A stretch of 63,938 bases of DNA, filler included, from Choristocarpus tenellus KU-1152 (Eukaryota > Protista > Phaeophyceae), in the NCBI GenBank assembly GCA_964200185.2. It is 4 parts of 4 records of this genome, joined end to end, with 100 filler letters (N's around TTAATTAATTAA, not from the genome) between each part and the next. Parts side by side here need not be neighbours in the genome. Positions count along the whole stretch, not along the records: positions 1 to 28,644 come from CAXNAD020000122.1; positions 28,745 to 46,697 come from CAXNAD020000601.1; 2 more parts are not named here. The stretch is one strand, 5' to 3'. Positions 26,852 through 39,862 of this stretch are shown one piece after another. The position numbers and the translations under genes are program-made. Positions within the stretch are counted from its first letter, which is position 1. Every line of letters begins with the position of its first letter. Below the pieces are notes generated by a model. The model ran no database searches and was not told the DNA's origin. It worked only from the letters and a program-made list of their open reading frames with translations.

Positions 26852-27938
26852 CTGTGTTGATGGTTGTACCGGAGGGCACAAATATAAGCAGGACGTAGGT
26901 TACTGCGACAAAGTTTTATTATATCAACATATTAACATATTAACATATTAACAGTTTTTGCAAGTTCCGTCAAGCTGCATGGAAGCGTTACACGCGCGAG
27001 CGAGGTGGGGGCTTGTAGCGTCAAGTCTCCTGATAGTGTACATTGTTAACGTTTCCTGTGCACTATCTGTACACTATCTGTACACTATCTGTACACTATC
27101 GAAGTGGGAAAAAAACCCGTTCGGGCATATTAGATGGCCAGTTGAAAGACACTGCTGTGGAACGCGGTTAGGACGTTTGCAGGAGGTACTGGAATGGCAT
27201 CCAACCCCTCACTGAATCCCTATATAGTGGCCGCTTGCTGGATCATACAGATTCTTGTTGCCGTTTGCTCCAGCAAAATAGTATTCATCAGGGGTCTGCA
27301 TTGAGGTGGGCGTTTGTAAGAGGTTCTCTCGGAGCTATAGCCCTGCCGTGATGTCCGGGCTCTACATCGGCCAGGTCCGCAGACCACAACCGTGGGAATA
27401 GTTGACAGTCTTGGACTTAATGACCTCTTTCGCAAACACCGGCAACGTGGTCACAGTCCGATGCGAGTCTTTTGTGGACTGTACCAACCAGCTTGCAGTC
27501 CGGACCAGATGTGTCACAAAATCTGGTACCTTGGCCCCTGTCCGGTCTGGACCCCGTCACGAACGATACACGCGGCCAAGGAATGAACCTTTTTCTTTTT
27601 TTTTTCGGAAACCTTCCTTTTTTTAAAACAGGAGAGGCGTTTTGTTGCTCAGCATGTGTTCTACGGATCGTGGTGCGACCATCTTTTCAACGGGTCATTG
27701 ACGGTGGCGTTTTTGGATTTTTTTTTTTAAAATTGGATCCTGGAATCTGTTCATGTGCCAAAAGAAGGTACACCGTATGTTTGCACCCTGCGCTAAGCCG
27801 TTTTTTTTTTCTAGATTTTTTGGTACCGGTGAAGGTAGGGTAGGATCGGGTCGACCAGTGGTGTGTGTATTGTGGAACAATGATGTGGGGGTGGTGCAGA
27901 GCACTGGATTGCTTTCTTTGTACCTGTATAGGTTGCAA

Positions 27939-28208
27939 TATATCTGTATTTATGTATGTATGCATGCATGTATGTATGTATATCTGTATGTATGTATGCA
28001 TGTATGTATGTATATCTGTATGTATGTATGCATGTATGTATATCTGTATGTATGTATGTATGTATGTATGTATGCATGTATGTATGTATATCTGTATGTA
28101 TGTATGCATGTATGTATATCTGTATGTATGTATGTATGTATGTATGTATGCATGTATATATATGTATGTATATATGTATGTGTGTATGTGTGTATGTATG
28201 TGTGTGTG
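27939..28208. repeat. (TATG)n-based compound microsatellite
   Basis: TATG runs punctuated by TGCA and TATATC variants; explains the spurious YVCM/HTYI ORFs. Confidence 0.95.
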
Positions 28209-28644
28209 CGTAATCACGTGTAACCATGCGTGCAAATATCATGAATGTGAACATAAGACCGAGGTCTGACAAAAGGCGGAGGGATTTGAAAGTGCAGTTA
28301 AGACACGTTTGCTTGCTCAGTCAAAATATATTTTTTTGTTTTGTTAATAATCCTTTTTTTATTATTTGCTGCTGTGGTTGGTACAGGATGATGCGGTGCT
28401 GTATTCGAGCAGTAAAGGTCTTAACTCTTTCCTGCAGAATGCACTCTCTGAGAGATACAAGAATGTTCGAAACTCATATTGACGAGGTTGTTTGTTGTAG
28501 GCGAAAGTCAGCGCCAGCGCCGTCTTTTTTTGAGTTTTTTTTTTCCGAGTTTTTTTTTTTTTTTTTTTTTTTTTTATTTTGTATTTTTCCTTTAGTGTTG
28601 TGGTTTTTTTTTTTTATTTTTTTTTTTTTTTTTCTTATGTTTAA

Positions 28645-28744
28645 NNNNNNNNNNNNNNNNNNNNNNNNNNNNNNNNNNNNNNNNNNNNTTAATTAATTAA
28701 NNNNNNNNNNNNNNNNNNNNNNNNNNNNNNNNNNNNNNNNNNNN
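28645..28744. other. Artificial contig linker N44-TTAATTAATTAA-N44
   Basis: Six-frame stop spacer; the identical structure occurs three times in the window. Confidence 0.95.
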
Positions 28745-30039
28745 AAAAAAAAAAAAAAAAAAAAAAAACACCCAAAAACAAAAAAAAAAAAAAAAAAAAA
28801 AAAATGGTTCTCGGCGAGACAGGAAACGTAACAAAAATAAATAAATATATATATATATATATATCGGTTTTATTGTGTTTGCCCTGACAAACGGAAGCCC
28901 TGTGCACTAACCCTTGAGCTAGACAACAACACACAGTGCACACGGGAAACAGACTCAGGCGTAATATGGACGAGAGACCTTTGGCAGAGCTACTACTATG
29001 TCTACAAAGATTGCCCTGGTAATAGACTTTCCAGAGCAAATTGGCCCTGCAATTTGTCCTGGGCAAACAGACGCTACGGTTGAATTTGACCCGAGAAGTC
29101 AAAAGCTTAATTCACTGGGGGGGAGGGGGGTTCGCTGAGTTTTACCGACCCCCACTCACTCTTAGCCGGCACAGACATGTTCTCGGAGCACACCATGGTC
29201 CTCAGGGGCTTTGTGTGGAGTGCAGTTTTGCTGCTTCGTGAGTTTGAATTTCAGTTGTTTTTTTTATGAGCGCATTATCCTTGTTGACACCCTACACACA
29301 CACGGTTCAAAAACGACTTTTTGTATTTTCTTCAACAACGCTGTTGTTGAGGGGAAAAAAAGACTTCCAAGCTCCAAAGACAACCGTAACCCTAACCCTT
29401 CAATCTCAGTGACTTTTTCATTCCACATGTTCTAGGGCTGTGCTGGCACTGAGCATTACATTTTCAAGGGTGTGCTTCTCATCTCACCCTTCAAAATAAA
29501 ATAAAAAAATAAAAAATAAAAATACATAAATAAACAGTGTAGCAGGCTCAATACCTGGACACAAGAGACTTGGAACATTCGAAGGTGGCAGGCCAGTAAG
29601 AAACAACACAACACTCTCTGCTCAATGATAAATCGCAGTCCCTGCACAGTCTATCTCGCTTCCAAGGTCTCAAGAGTTTAGCAAGGGCTTCCCTGAGGCC
29701 AGAACTGGCCTTACAAAGGAACGGCAATTTGCAATTTAATTGTCATGCATCACGTTTCAGTGACCTGGCATGCAGAGAGTGCTCCTACCATGGTCCCTTT
29801 GTGCAACTACTGAGCTTGCTACACTTTGATTTGTCTTCATGTGGCATGTACAAAAAAAAAACATATATTGAAGAATGAAGTGTGTGAAGTGTTTGTTTGG
29901 TTACCACTACCATCATAGCACATTAATACGTACTATAGGTACCGAACCAACATGAGCTGTACTCCATTCTTATGAGCAAGTACAGAGTGGTGCCGAATCC
30001 CTATCTCCCCCCCCCCCCTCAGTGAGATCCAATGCCAAC

Positions 30040-31762
30040 CTTGCCCTGTAGGAGGAGAGCATGTGCAGCCTTGTAGTCTGGAGGAGCCCCAGCACCCCTC
30101 ATGAGCATGTCTCCCGCCCGTGCAGCAGCTCCAACATCTCCTGCCTTTGCAGCCTGAAGATAGAAAGAAAGGGCGGTTGGGAGATCCTGTGTGGCCCCCC
30201 TGGAAGAGTTAAACACCAAGTAACAAAATACAACACGCAAGAGATGGAGGGATGAAGTAGGTATGGCAGGAGAGGGGTATATACCAAAGGGTAATAGCAC
30301 AAGAGCAGAGTGCAGTGTTGGAGAGTGGGAAGGATGAGGAGTTGTTTTCATTGAAACAAGAAGCTCTTTCCCTGTCCTGGGTGAACAAAATGGGCAAGTG
30401 TTATTCTTTTGATCCCCAGTAAACAAATTACACTGTGGTAATTTGTAACCTTCAATCTATACTAATCCAGTTGACACAGTTGAACACCTCAACTGCTACA
30501 AATCTATACTTATGCCATGACCCATATGCCTTACAACTACATGGGCGTGCGGGAGATCAGTCATTGCGACCATTCACGTATCTTCCTACCACCCCTCTTT
30601 GTTAAGGTCTCCACTCCGTACCTTTGCCCGCTTTGGTGAAGCACGCCGACCATTTTCAATGCCTGCACCTCCCCGAGCTCTGCGGCGATATGCCAATATT
30701 GCACGAGTTCGGCATCACTATCTGACGCCGGGCGCCTGCCCACGGCGAAGCGATCTGACAATCGCGTTCGCTCGATAGGGTAGCTCGTTCCACCACGAAG
30801 GGGCAAATGCAGCTCCTCCATGACCGCCCTCGCCGCCACCTCGTAGTGGGCAAGAGACTGCTCACAGTCCACCGGCGTACCATATCTATGGGTGCGCGAG
30901 GCGGGGAAAACAGCGCAAGAAGAAAACACGATAGAGGGGAATATGTGAAGTTAACATACGAATGATAGATGACTCGTTAATAGGACTCTTGTCTATACCT
31001 CGAGTCGACAATGAAGCTCTCCACCTATGGGGAGTGAGGATGAGTAGATTATATGTACAATCGTGCCCCACCAATTCCACTTGCGTAATTCCCTTGAATT
31101 GTGTACACTCCTTCCCCATCCTCTACACAGCACAGGAAGGTTCGGACATTCTGTGCATACTAGCCTCAACTATTGAATAAGCAGAGCGAAACCAGCACTT
31201 TGAATCACGAGACTTACCCATACAAAAATCGATATCCAAGAACGGCATGTGCAAGAGGATCTCCCCCCAGAGCGGAGAAGTACTCGTGAAGAATCGCCTT
31301 AGCCTCGTTGTCGCCGCCACCTTCAGACGCGTATGCCAACGCCAGGGCATGCTGCGAGGCCGGGTGACCAAGTCTCGCTGCCATCAGGTGCAACTCACGA
31401 GCAACGACTGCATTTCGCTTGATGCCCATATCTTCCCTGCCATCTTCATACGCTCGTGCGAGCTCGTTGATCACTTCTGCCGTGGAAAAGCCCGACTCTT
31501 CTTCGACATTACTATTTTCAAAATACTCCAGGTGTTTGACTCGGTCAAAACTCTCTTCAGCGATTTGCTGGAAGTTGTGATGGCCGAAGCGTAGAGTAGC
31601 CTCTGGTTCATTTCGAGCCTTCCCCACCTGCACCTTGCGATAGGGCCAGGAGCTGCGCAACTCCACACCTTCCTCAGGACCAGATCCCCAAGCGGCACTT
31701 GTAACTTTAACTCTGCTGCAAGATGTGACAAGGACTATCACGAAGACGCGCAAACAGCACAT
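30040..31762 (-). CDS. SEL1L: SEL1L/Hrd3-like Sel1-repeat ERAD adaptor, 5' exons (partial)
   Basis: Exons 31762-31218, 30885-30622, 30199-30040 with GT-AG introns in consistent phase. N-terminal signal peptide. Sel1 repeats AARLGHPASQHALALAY, AHAVLGYRFLYGYGTPVDCEQSLAHYEVAA, AAKAGDVGAAARAGDMLMRGAG. 3' end not found before the contig join. Confidence 0.85.
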
Positions 31763-32320
31763 TGCACAGTCCCGTCACAAGCGATCCGGGACGTACACCT
31801 TCGTTTCGGTAGACGTGTCCTTTCGTCAAGTTGCGGTCTTCCTCATCGAGCCTATTTGATCGTCCTAGAAACTTGTTTGGAGTGATGGATATCGGTATGG
31901 TATCAGTAGTACAATTCTCCACTAAATATATATTATTTAATTATTATACCCTCTTCACATTTTGACCAATTATGGTACACGTGGAACAAGAGTATATTTT
32001 GGGATTTGCCTTGTCTCTGCCAATAATATTGTAACTATGATCACAATATATACTAGTCGTATTCTATTGATCAGTTATCATACCGCCGTCCCCGAAGGTG
32101 ACATATGCTTGGAAGTATAGTAATATCCCCTTGAACTTGGATAGTGTAATTTAATGTATTGCATGGTAGTAGTGTGTTGTGGCGTCAACGTCAACCACAG
32201 GAACGCGTGGCGATCAGTTCCCCGCCAACCTCAATGGAGGGAAGAGAAGTACTCAACAAGGCTGCAGCTTACGCTATGCCATTGCTCTCCATTGCCTGAT
32301 AGAAGTCGCTGGACTCAGCG
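31763..32320. promoter_or_regulatory. Putative bidirectional promoter with CCAAT box and G-box (CACGTG)
   Basis: 558 bp between divergent ATGs; AT-rich core at 31923-31948; CCAAT-N9-CGTGG at 31966-31984. Confidence 0.45.
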
Positions 32321-35300
32321 ATGGGTTCCGAAGCCTCGACTGCCCCTCCTTTAGATGAGGAGAATGCACAGGCGAATACGGGCCAACGCCTGGAAAAATT
32401 GAGTCCAGGTGCACAAGGAACAATTTCCTCGAAGCAGGAAATAGCAGGGGATACAGAGAGACAAGGAGATCGGCAATACGGTGGTGTTCGGGGCATCTCT
32501 ACTGGTGACGTGGATGACAGTGTTGCACAGAAAGGGGAGCACCTCCACAAGGCCGACGCCAGCAGAGAGGGAAGAGACCTCCATGCTTCCGGTTCCTCGT
32601 CGAACGCCCATCAGTATCGTAAAAATACCTCGACACAAGCCCCCCCGGGAAAGACGACGCTGGTGCGGGATGCCGCTGAATATCCAACACAATCAGTTCT
32701 GCCGGACAAGGAGGATGGAGAGGTCCAAGCTGGTACAGGGAAGACACAAAATTATGCAAGCCGAGACTCTGGGGCCGTCGTGCTTGAAGGCTCACCGGGA
32801 TCGAGGGGGATGGACAACGTATTGGTGGATAGTAAAGACAAGTATGCCATCTCGCCATGTGAAGAAAAGCAGTGGGTCGTGGTGGGACTTTCAGAGGACA
32901 TCATGGTGCGAACCATCAAGATTGGTAGCTACGAGGCCTATTCGTCCTTGGTGAAGACCTTCCAGGCAAGCTGAGGCAAGAGAGCCTCCGTATCTTTCTA
33001 TCCTGAATATTAAAATTTTTCTTCTGACCAACGATACCCCTGTTGGTTGGATCGGGTATGTAGGGTGATCTTGACTCTCCCAATACCTCAATCTACACTT
33101 TATGCCTTGAACAGTGACGTGGCCAATTCTTGTTTCGTATGTGCAAGTATCGCAATGTACTGTTGTTAAAGAGGTATTCGGTACATCGAGCACAACTCTC
33201 TCTAACAAAAAGGCTACAGGTCACGTCACCTCCCGCCACCGAATACACCTCGATTCCTGCCCGACACGTTCCTCCCCCTTCACTTGGCCGTTCATTTCTG
33301 CTGCTGTAGGTATTAGCCAGTCAGTCCATGCCAGTGACCGCATGGCTTGACCTTGGAACTTTCACTGCTAAGTATGCACAGGGGGAGCAAAGCTTTGATA
33401 TCCCTCAACCAGCATTTGCCAGGTCTGCAAAATGCCTATGAACTCATTACCATTTTTTTCTAACGAGTGTCAAAAGAGCTGCATCCCACAAAGTCATGAA
33501 ATATTTTTGTTGTAGTTTCGCCCATGTCTAACACTTGCTGGAAACACCAGTGAAGAGTAGAACGAGGTATGAGCACAACCATGCTGCCATCCATCACTTT
33601 GTATGTGCGACTTCAACGACTGTCGCTTCATCACATGCTACATAAATGTATTGAACTCAGATTGTGGGAAAGATCAGCATACATTGCATTGCCAAAGCAC
33701 TCTCCCCTGTGCCCATGACCTTTCTGCTCGTCCTAAGGTATTTGAAGTTCAAGTTCCTGGACCATTATGGAGATGAGTTCTACTGCACTGTCAGTCAGAT
33801 CAAGGTCCACGGTTCAACAATGCTAGAGAGCTTCCAGCATGAGTGGCAGCAGAGCTCAGCAGAACTGCAAGAGATGCAAGACTTCATGGTGAAAGAAACC
33901 ACAGGCACCCATCATTCTTATTTGGTTGAGGAAGCAACGCCTGTATCCCCATCCCTTGCACCCCCTGACTCAGTGCAAGGACCTGGGATAGTCCCCCACC
34001 CACCTGTGGCTGGTGCTGCAGCTGGTGTGCCTGACACATCATTGCCTGCCCCTGTTGCTACACCCCCAGCATCATCCGGTCTTCCCCCACCTGCTGCGAC
34101 CCAGTCAGTCACTGTCGGGTTGGGGGGGGAGGGTAGCAGTTTGGTTCAAAGCGATAGAGAAGATGATGTCTTGCCACTTGCTGTTGAGGAAGATAATGGG
34201 GGTGCTACGGAAGGCCAGACGAAGGTACAAACAGAGTCCACAGCTCTGACTGGGGATGGGTCAAGCATGGGAGGGGGAGGGACATTGCCATCCTCTGGAT
34301 ATGACCTTGGTGTAGTTGGTGCTGCACTTGGGGGTACAGTTGCCTCGTCTGTGTATGACCAGTCTCAAGAGGACCTGCCAAACAACCCTAGCCTTGCAGA
34401 GGGTGGAACCCAGTCCCTTGCAGACACAGATAGAGTTGGTGGAGGAGAGGAAGCACACCTACCATCACATTCAATGCAGTTACTGGATGGAGGAAGCATG
34501 TCGAATCAGGAGGATCAAAGAGCTTTGTCTGCTGGTGATTCGGAAGGTATAGCCGGGGGTTCAAATTACCTCAGCAACAGCATTGACCCCCACAACCAAC
34601 AAAATGCAGGTGGGGGCAAAGGGGAAGCTGGGGGATTCGACATGAAAGGTGAAGGCACTGGAGGTGGTTCTGTCGACTCAGGAAAGACTGAACTTATTCA
34701 GTCAGGCAATGTAAATCACATGGGTGGTAAGACTGAAGGCAAGGGAGATCTGAACGCTATGGTAGCGGAGGTTGATGAGGAGGTGGGGACAGGGACAGGG
34801 AATGCATCTGGTGGATTAAGTGCAGGTAATCTGCATGACTCACCCATCAATAAACAGTCAGTGCTCACTAAGACTGTTGGAGGTGGGGCTTCAGCTGGAG
34901 TGGGTGATGTGTCTGTGACGGCAGAGCAAGCTGTGGGACCAGAGGGTGTTGTTCCAGCAGTGCTAGTAGATGATGAAGCTGTTGTATGGAACCCTACTGA
35001 CAAGTTGGCTGAGAGTGACTACCCTGCTGATCTGGCCATCTCTCATGTTTTGGGTGTAGGTGGGCATGATGCATCCAATCCTGAGGCTGAAGCCACTTTC
35101 ACCACTGATGTCAGTGAAGCAGCGGTGTCAATGCCACCTGCCTCAGTAGGGACAGACACTGTGGCACCAGGCTTGGTTGAAGGCAATCAGCTGTTTCAAG
35201 GGAGTAAGGAACAGGGCGATGGAGGTGTTGGCAACAGGGGGAGGGAGGATGCAGCTAGTGGGGCCACCAACCCAACATCTGGTGCAGGAACAGGAGATGC

Positions 35301-37064
35301 AGTGAAAAAGCAAGAAATAGACTTGGGTAGATCGTCTGCCCCTGGTTCACCATCAGGGGGCACAGGAGTGTTGAAGACAGGGACCAGTTTGCACTCAGAG
35401 GATGGTGAAGTAAGCAACAATGGGGGTGAGGGTATTGCTGGTGTGGAAAGAGCACGCGATGAAAGCACTTCAAATTCGTCCATATGTGTAGAGCAGGGTG
35501 GAGTTGGTGCTGTGCCAGCAAAAGCAACAGGGGACAGAACCAGTGGTGTGGTGGGAGGTGCAACTGCAACCTATAAGCAGGGCAAGCCGGGGGAGGGGAC
35601 TGAGACTGTCAGTTCTGGGCAGGTAGACCAATTGTCAAGTCATCATTCCACTCCACCATCGCCTTCAACACCCAAGCTCACACAACCGCCGGGTGTGGTG
35701 GCCACAGCAGCATGTTTGGAGCAGTTGAGTTTCAGTCAGTTCCGTGACGACATGCTGTCCAGGAAACATCAGACACAGCAGCCAGGAGGAGTTGCAATTG
35801 GTGGTCAGTACGAGAGCATCTTCAAGACACTGATGAATAAGATCAAGACCTTAGAAATTAACCAGAGCCTCTTCAACCTTTACATAGGTGTGTGGTACCT
35901 TCTATCCAAATGACCTCTCGTCCTTTCCACTACCACCGCCCCAGCCACCCAAATCCAACCCAATGTTGATCCTTTCTCAAATGCTTTTCTGTCACTTGAT
36001 ACAACTTGCCAGGCGCAACCTGTAGCTATTGGTATACCTGCCGTAAGGTTGTTTACATGTTGCCTCTCTGGTTTGCAAGAGCAGCGTCGACTGGATGCGC
36101 CTTTACCCTATGTCTCATACACACCACCCCCAATCCACTCACCTCATGGATCGCAATCCTCTGTGCCAAACATTCCCATTACAACCACAGAAAACTTACA
36201 GGACTGTTACCACGGGGTAATTCAGGAGTTACTGATAGAGCAAGAGCATGCGAGAGCTTCCCGGGAAGAGCTTGAAGCTCTGGCGACACAGGCCATGAGG
36301 TCTATGCACCTGATCCATAACAATGATCAGATTTTAGCTGTGCAGGCTCTGCAGGTTGGTTTATCGGTGATGGGTACCAAGATGATGTTGGTAAATGCGC
36401 TTTAGTGCTTGTGCTTGTGTTTTGGGGGCATTGTTGGTGTGTTGTACGACCTATTTACTTTCAAGTTTTGATTCCAGTTTGCACTTGTTGAGTTGCGCTA
36501 TCGTTGCCCCTGTTGCTAACTGTGGTGTTTGAGAATCAACCCACCTCCGCTGGTAGAGGTTTCAAGGAGAGGTGTTCTCTTTGTTGGTTTGAGTCTGACA
36601 GGACAAATTTTTTTTATATCTCAAGTTGGATGTCCTAGAAGTGTGCTGTAGGAACTTGGTTGCAGTGTAGACATTTGATGCGTATGTTGTTTTGCTCATG
36701 GTCATCCCACCACACTCTTATTTTGTTGTATGTTTTACTAATCGTCTCTCCCCACCTCCCCACCCTCCCCTCTAAATTTCGTTTCGCCACTAATCCCTAG
36801 AGCAAGATGGAGATAGTAGAGGGTCAACTCCTCCTGACTTCCCTGACGTGGTTCACTAGCATGATATGCATGTTCTACCTCATCTTGAAGTGCTGTGTCG
36901 GCATGTTTCGTTCTGGCGGGAGGCAGGGGAGTGGGGAAAAGACCAGCAGGGGCAATGCTGGGGGGGTCTACGATAATAGCACTGTTGGAATCAGTGGGGG
37001 TTCTGATACCTCCTCGTGGCCTAAGCAAAGGACGAACTCGAAGGGGAAAATCTATCCTTGCTGA
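32321..37064 (+). CDS. SUCO: Mid-SUN domain protein, SUCO/Slp1-like
   Basis: Exons 32321-32965, 33310-33422, 33738-35887, 36191-36354, 36801-37064. SUN domain NYASRDSGAVVL...KDKYAISPC...LSEDI...RYLKFKFLDHYGDEFYCTVSQIKVHG; coiled coil ESIFKTLMNKIKTLEINQSLFNLYIENL; C-terminal TM segment. Start codon uncertain. Confidence 0.9.
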
Positions 37065-39453
37065 CCAAGTTAGTAGTAGCGAGAAATAGGGGGAGAGGAA
37101 GCCACTAAGACGCCTTTGGTGGAATGTGAAAAGAGATTACACTTGTGGATGATTTCGTAAGGCAAAGGTGATGGCAACTGGATTGGAAGATTGAGGGCTA
37201 TCTGTTCCCCCCCATTCGTCTCCCCTGGTCTCTGTTGTTAGTGGAGTGGGACCACTACCATCAAAGACCAGTGGGTGACCCTGTAAGACCCCGAAAGTAT
37301 TGATGTTGTAGTTGAAGATGTTTGTGTTTGTGTGTGCTTCGATGGCGATTGAGACTGTGTGTATGTTTGGCTCCATCTATGCCCCCATCAGAGGATGTTT
37401 TGGCATTCGTTGGTAAGGTGATCAACCTGGAGGATGGGGGGTGCTCCTTTTCCTCTCTGGAGTAGTGTTATTTTTTTTGTTCTGTTTGTTTCAAAAAGAG
37501 AGGAAGAACGATCGTGTCTCAAGCATGCTTGCTTGTGCCCTCTTGGCCTCTGGTTATATTGACTGTTGTTGTGTTAGTTGAGGGAGAAGTGCTTGTTTCA
37601 CAGACAGGTTGCGCTTTATTCTGTAGAGAGGTGCTTTTTGCGTGTCCTTCGAATACCCCCACTCTTTTGTTTGAATGCGTGTTTTTTTAAGTCATGCGAT
37701 TTTGTGTTATTGATGATCTGTATGAGTTAGTGGATTGTGTTGTGTGCTTTATGTGTTGAATTGTTTACAAGTATTCTATGTGTGTGTGTGTGTTTTGACT
37801 GTGTGGTAGAGGCTGGAGGTTAGGAAGGGGTTACCCCACCTCTGCTTGCCTGAACTGTCTCCCAGATCCCTCCATACGAAGGCACTGTGGAGACACTTCC
37901 ATTGTCTAGAGTAGATTTACATCAACATGCATATGATGTTGTGCAGCCTGGTGAAAAACTGCGCATGATAATGTATTGTCAATGTACTACTTGAGATAGA
38001 CATCACAAATATGCTTCATCCCCCCTTGCAGAGATGACCTTTCAGGCACGTGCAGCTCACCCCCTGAGATGTATTTGGCAGTGTATGGTCCTGTTCCCAA
38101 CCAACAGTTACATCACTCAAGAAAAGCAGTTACGCATAGAGGGTGTGAGAGTGCAAAGCTAACCAGTGGCGGTTTCAGTTTATGCTTGTTGATTGTTCTT
38201 GAGAGGAGTCATCACCGCTGTCTGAAAACAGTTATTATGAGCTTTTTTCCCCCAGAGTTAACCTGATAGTCATAATACTCTGAGGGTAACTTGTCACATG
38301 CATGTTTATAGCCCAACTGTATATACATAAATGCCTCTAAACAAAGAGGCACTTTACCGCCTCTCAACAAACATGACACTCCTAATATTTCTGACCACAC
38401 TGACTTCTTTTCCCCCAACTATGCTATGTGCCTTGAACTAGTCCTACAATCACTCATATACTACGCCCTGTTTCCAACAGCAGCAGGAATATCAAATCTG
38501 GACAATAGTGGGCTGCACGCCTGCCGTACTTTTAAAAAACGATTTTGCATCAATGCAGCCAGCCCAACTACACAAAAAAAAATGGATAAATTTACTTTTT
38601 CTTGAGAGTCCTTGACAGAACCATACCTCCGTTGCTAAAAAAAGTATGCCACTGGTGATGTACAAGACCGGCACTGATTCATTTCTCGATGTAAAGCATC
38701 ACCTTTCTTGTAGTAACTCCATTAATTTCTTCTCTTGAAGGGGTTGCATCTATTTAGACCAACCAGTGGTGCACTACAAGTATCACGTGATAGTCACTAG
38801 GAAATGAAGTGCACCCATTGAGTCCATTTTGGTCTGAACTATGACTACAGACCTTATTCACCTGCTATATCAGTCATACGGCAGTTTTGCACTTTTGTCA
38901 TCAATTAAAACATGTTTCTTGTTTTCTTTTCGGGAGGTGGGGGGAGGGGGGGGGGGCTACAACAGTTTTGAACCTCTGCCACATTAGAATACATAACGAG
39001 TACTTGGTTTCATTATGGTGGATGGCCAATACATTCCCACTGCTTGTAAGTGCATTGTATCATAGCTGCTTCATGCCCACCCAGTACATAACATTCTACC
39101 AAAGCCTCTTTACGCCAGATCCGACTACCATCCAGAACATTGTCTCATGCCCCCACCACAATCAATACTTCAATCCTCATCCTTAACTTCCAATGATCAA
39201 AAATGTATGGAAACAGACATACCTCTATACGCTCACCTGTCCACACATCTACAATGCACCCTACCCCACAAGTCCACATATGCTATACACCCATGAGTTC
39301 AGTGTGGTTCATTTCTCATAAAACTCCCCTTTCAGTCTTAACAGCTCATCTTTGCCGCAGAGTTCACAAGGACACCTAAAATAGGAAGATGGACGGACCC
39401 AGCTGCCCCCCTTTCACTAGAGATGGCAACAGAGGCAGGTACAATGTTGACAT

Positions 39454-39715
39454 GAGTGCAAATATCTTAGGGTTAGGGTACGAGTTTTGCCCTGTTTGTC
39501 CGTTTGTGTCTTGACTTCCCACGGGTATTTGATGACATTTTACCTACTCCGAAACATTTCAGAACAGGTAAAATGTATACATTATGAAAAGGTGTGTCCT
39601 AAACAAGGATACGATACTTCCTAACAAATACGATAGCCAAAATTACATCAAAATCGCAACATTGGATTTTGGCCCTCGAATGGACGCGGCTCTACCCTCT
39701 AAGATACTTTGGCTC
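39454..39715 (+). mobile_element. MITE family A copy with telomeric insertion in left TIR
   Basis: GAGTGCAAATATCTTAGGGTTAGGGTAC ... TACTTTGGCTC; flanks CAT/CAT. Confidence 0.9.
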
Positions 39716-39862
39716 CATGTTTGAAATTTTGTTCCCGACAGTGCAGGCGGTTGAGTTCACCTCCACAAGCAACCTTTTTTGAGATAGCACAGACAAGAGG
39801 ACAATGACTAGAGAGCATGCACCAGCAGAACATCTCCATTGACTTCAAACTTCAATGCAAAC

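Noticed and set aside
27687-28696. Long ORFs (YIHT/YVCM/poly-F)
   Set aside because: Translations of microsatellite and poly-T sequence.
28645-28744. TTAATTAATTAA palindrome repeated three times
   Set aside because: Flanked by exactly 44 Ns on each side every time: a synthetic six-frame-stop contig spacer, not biology.
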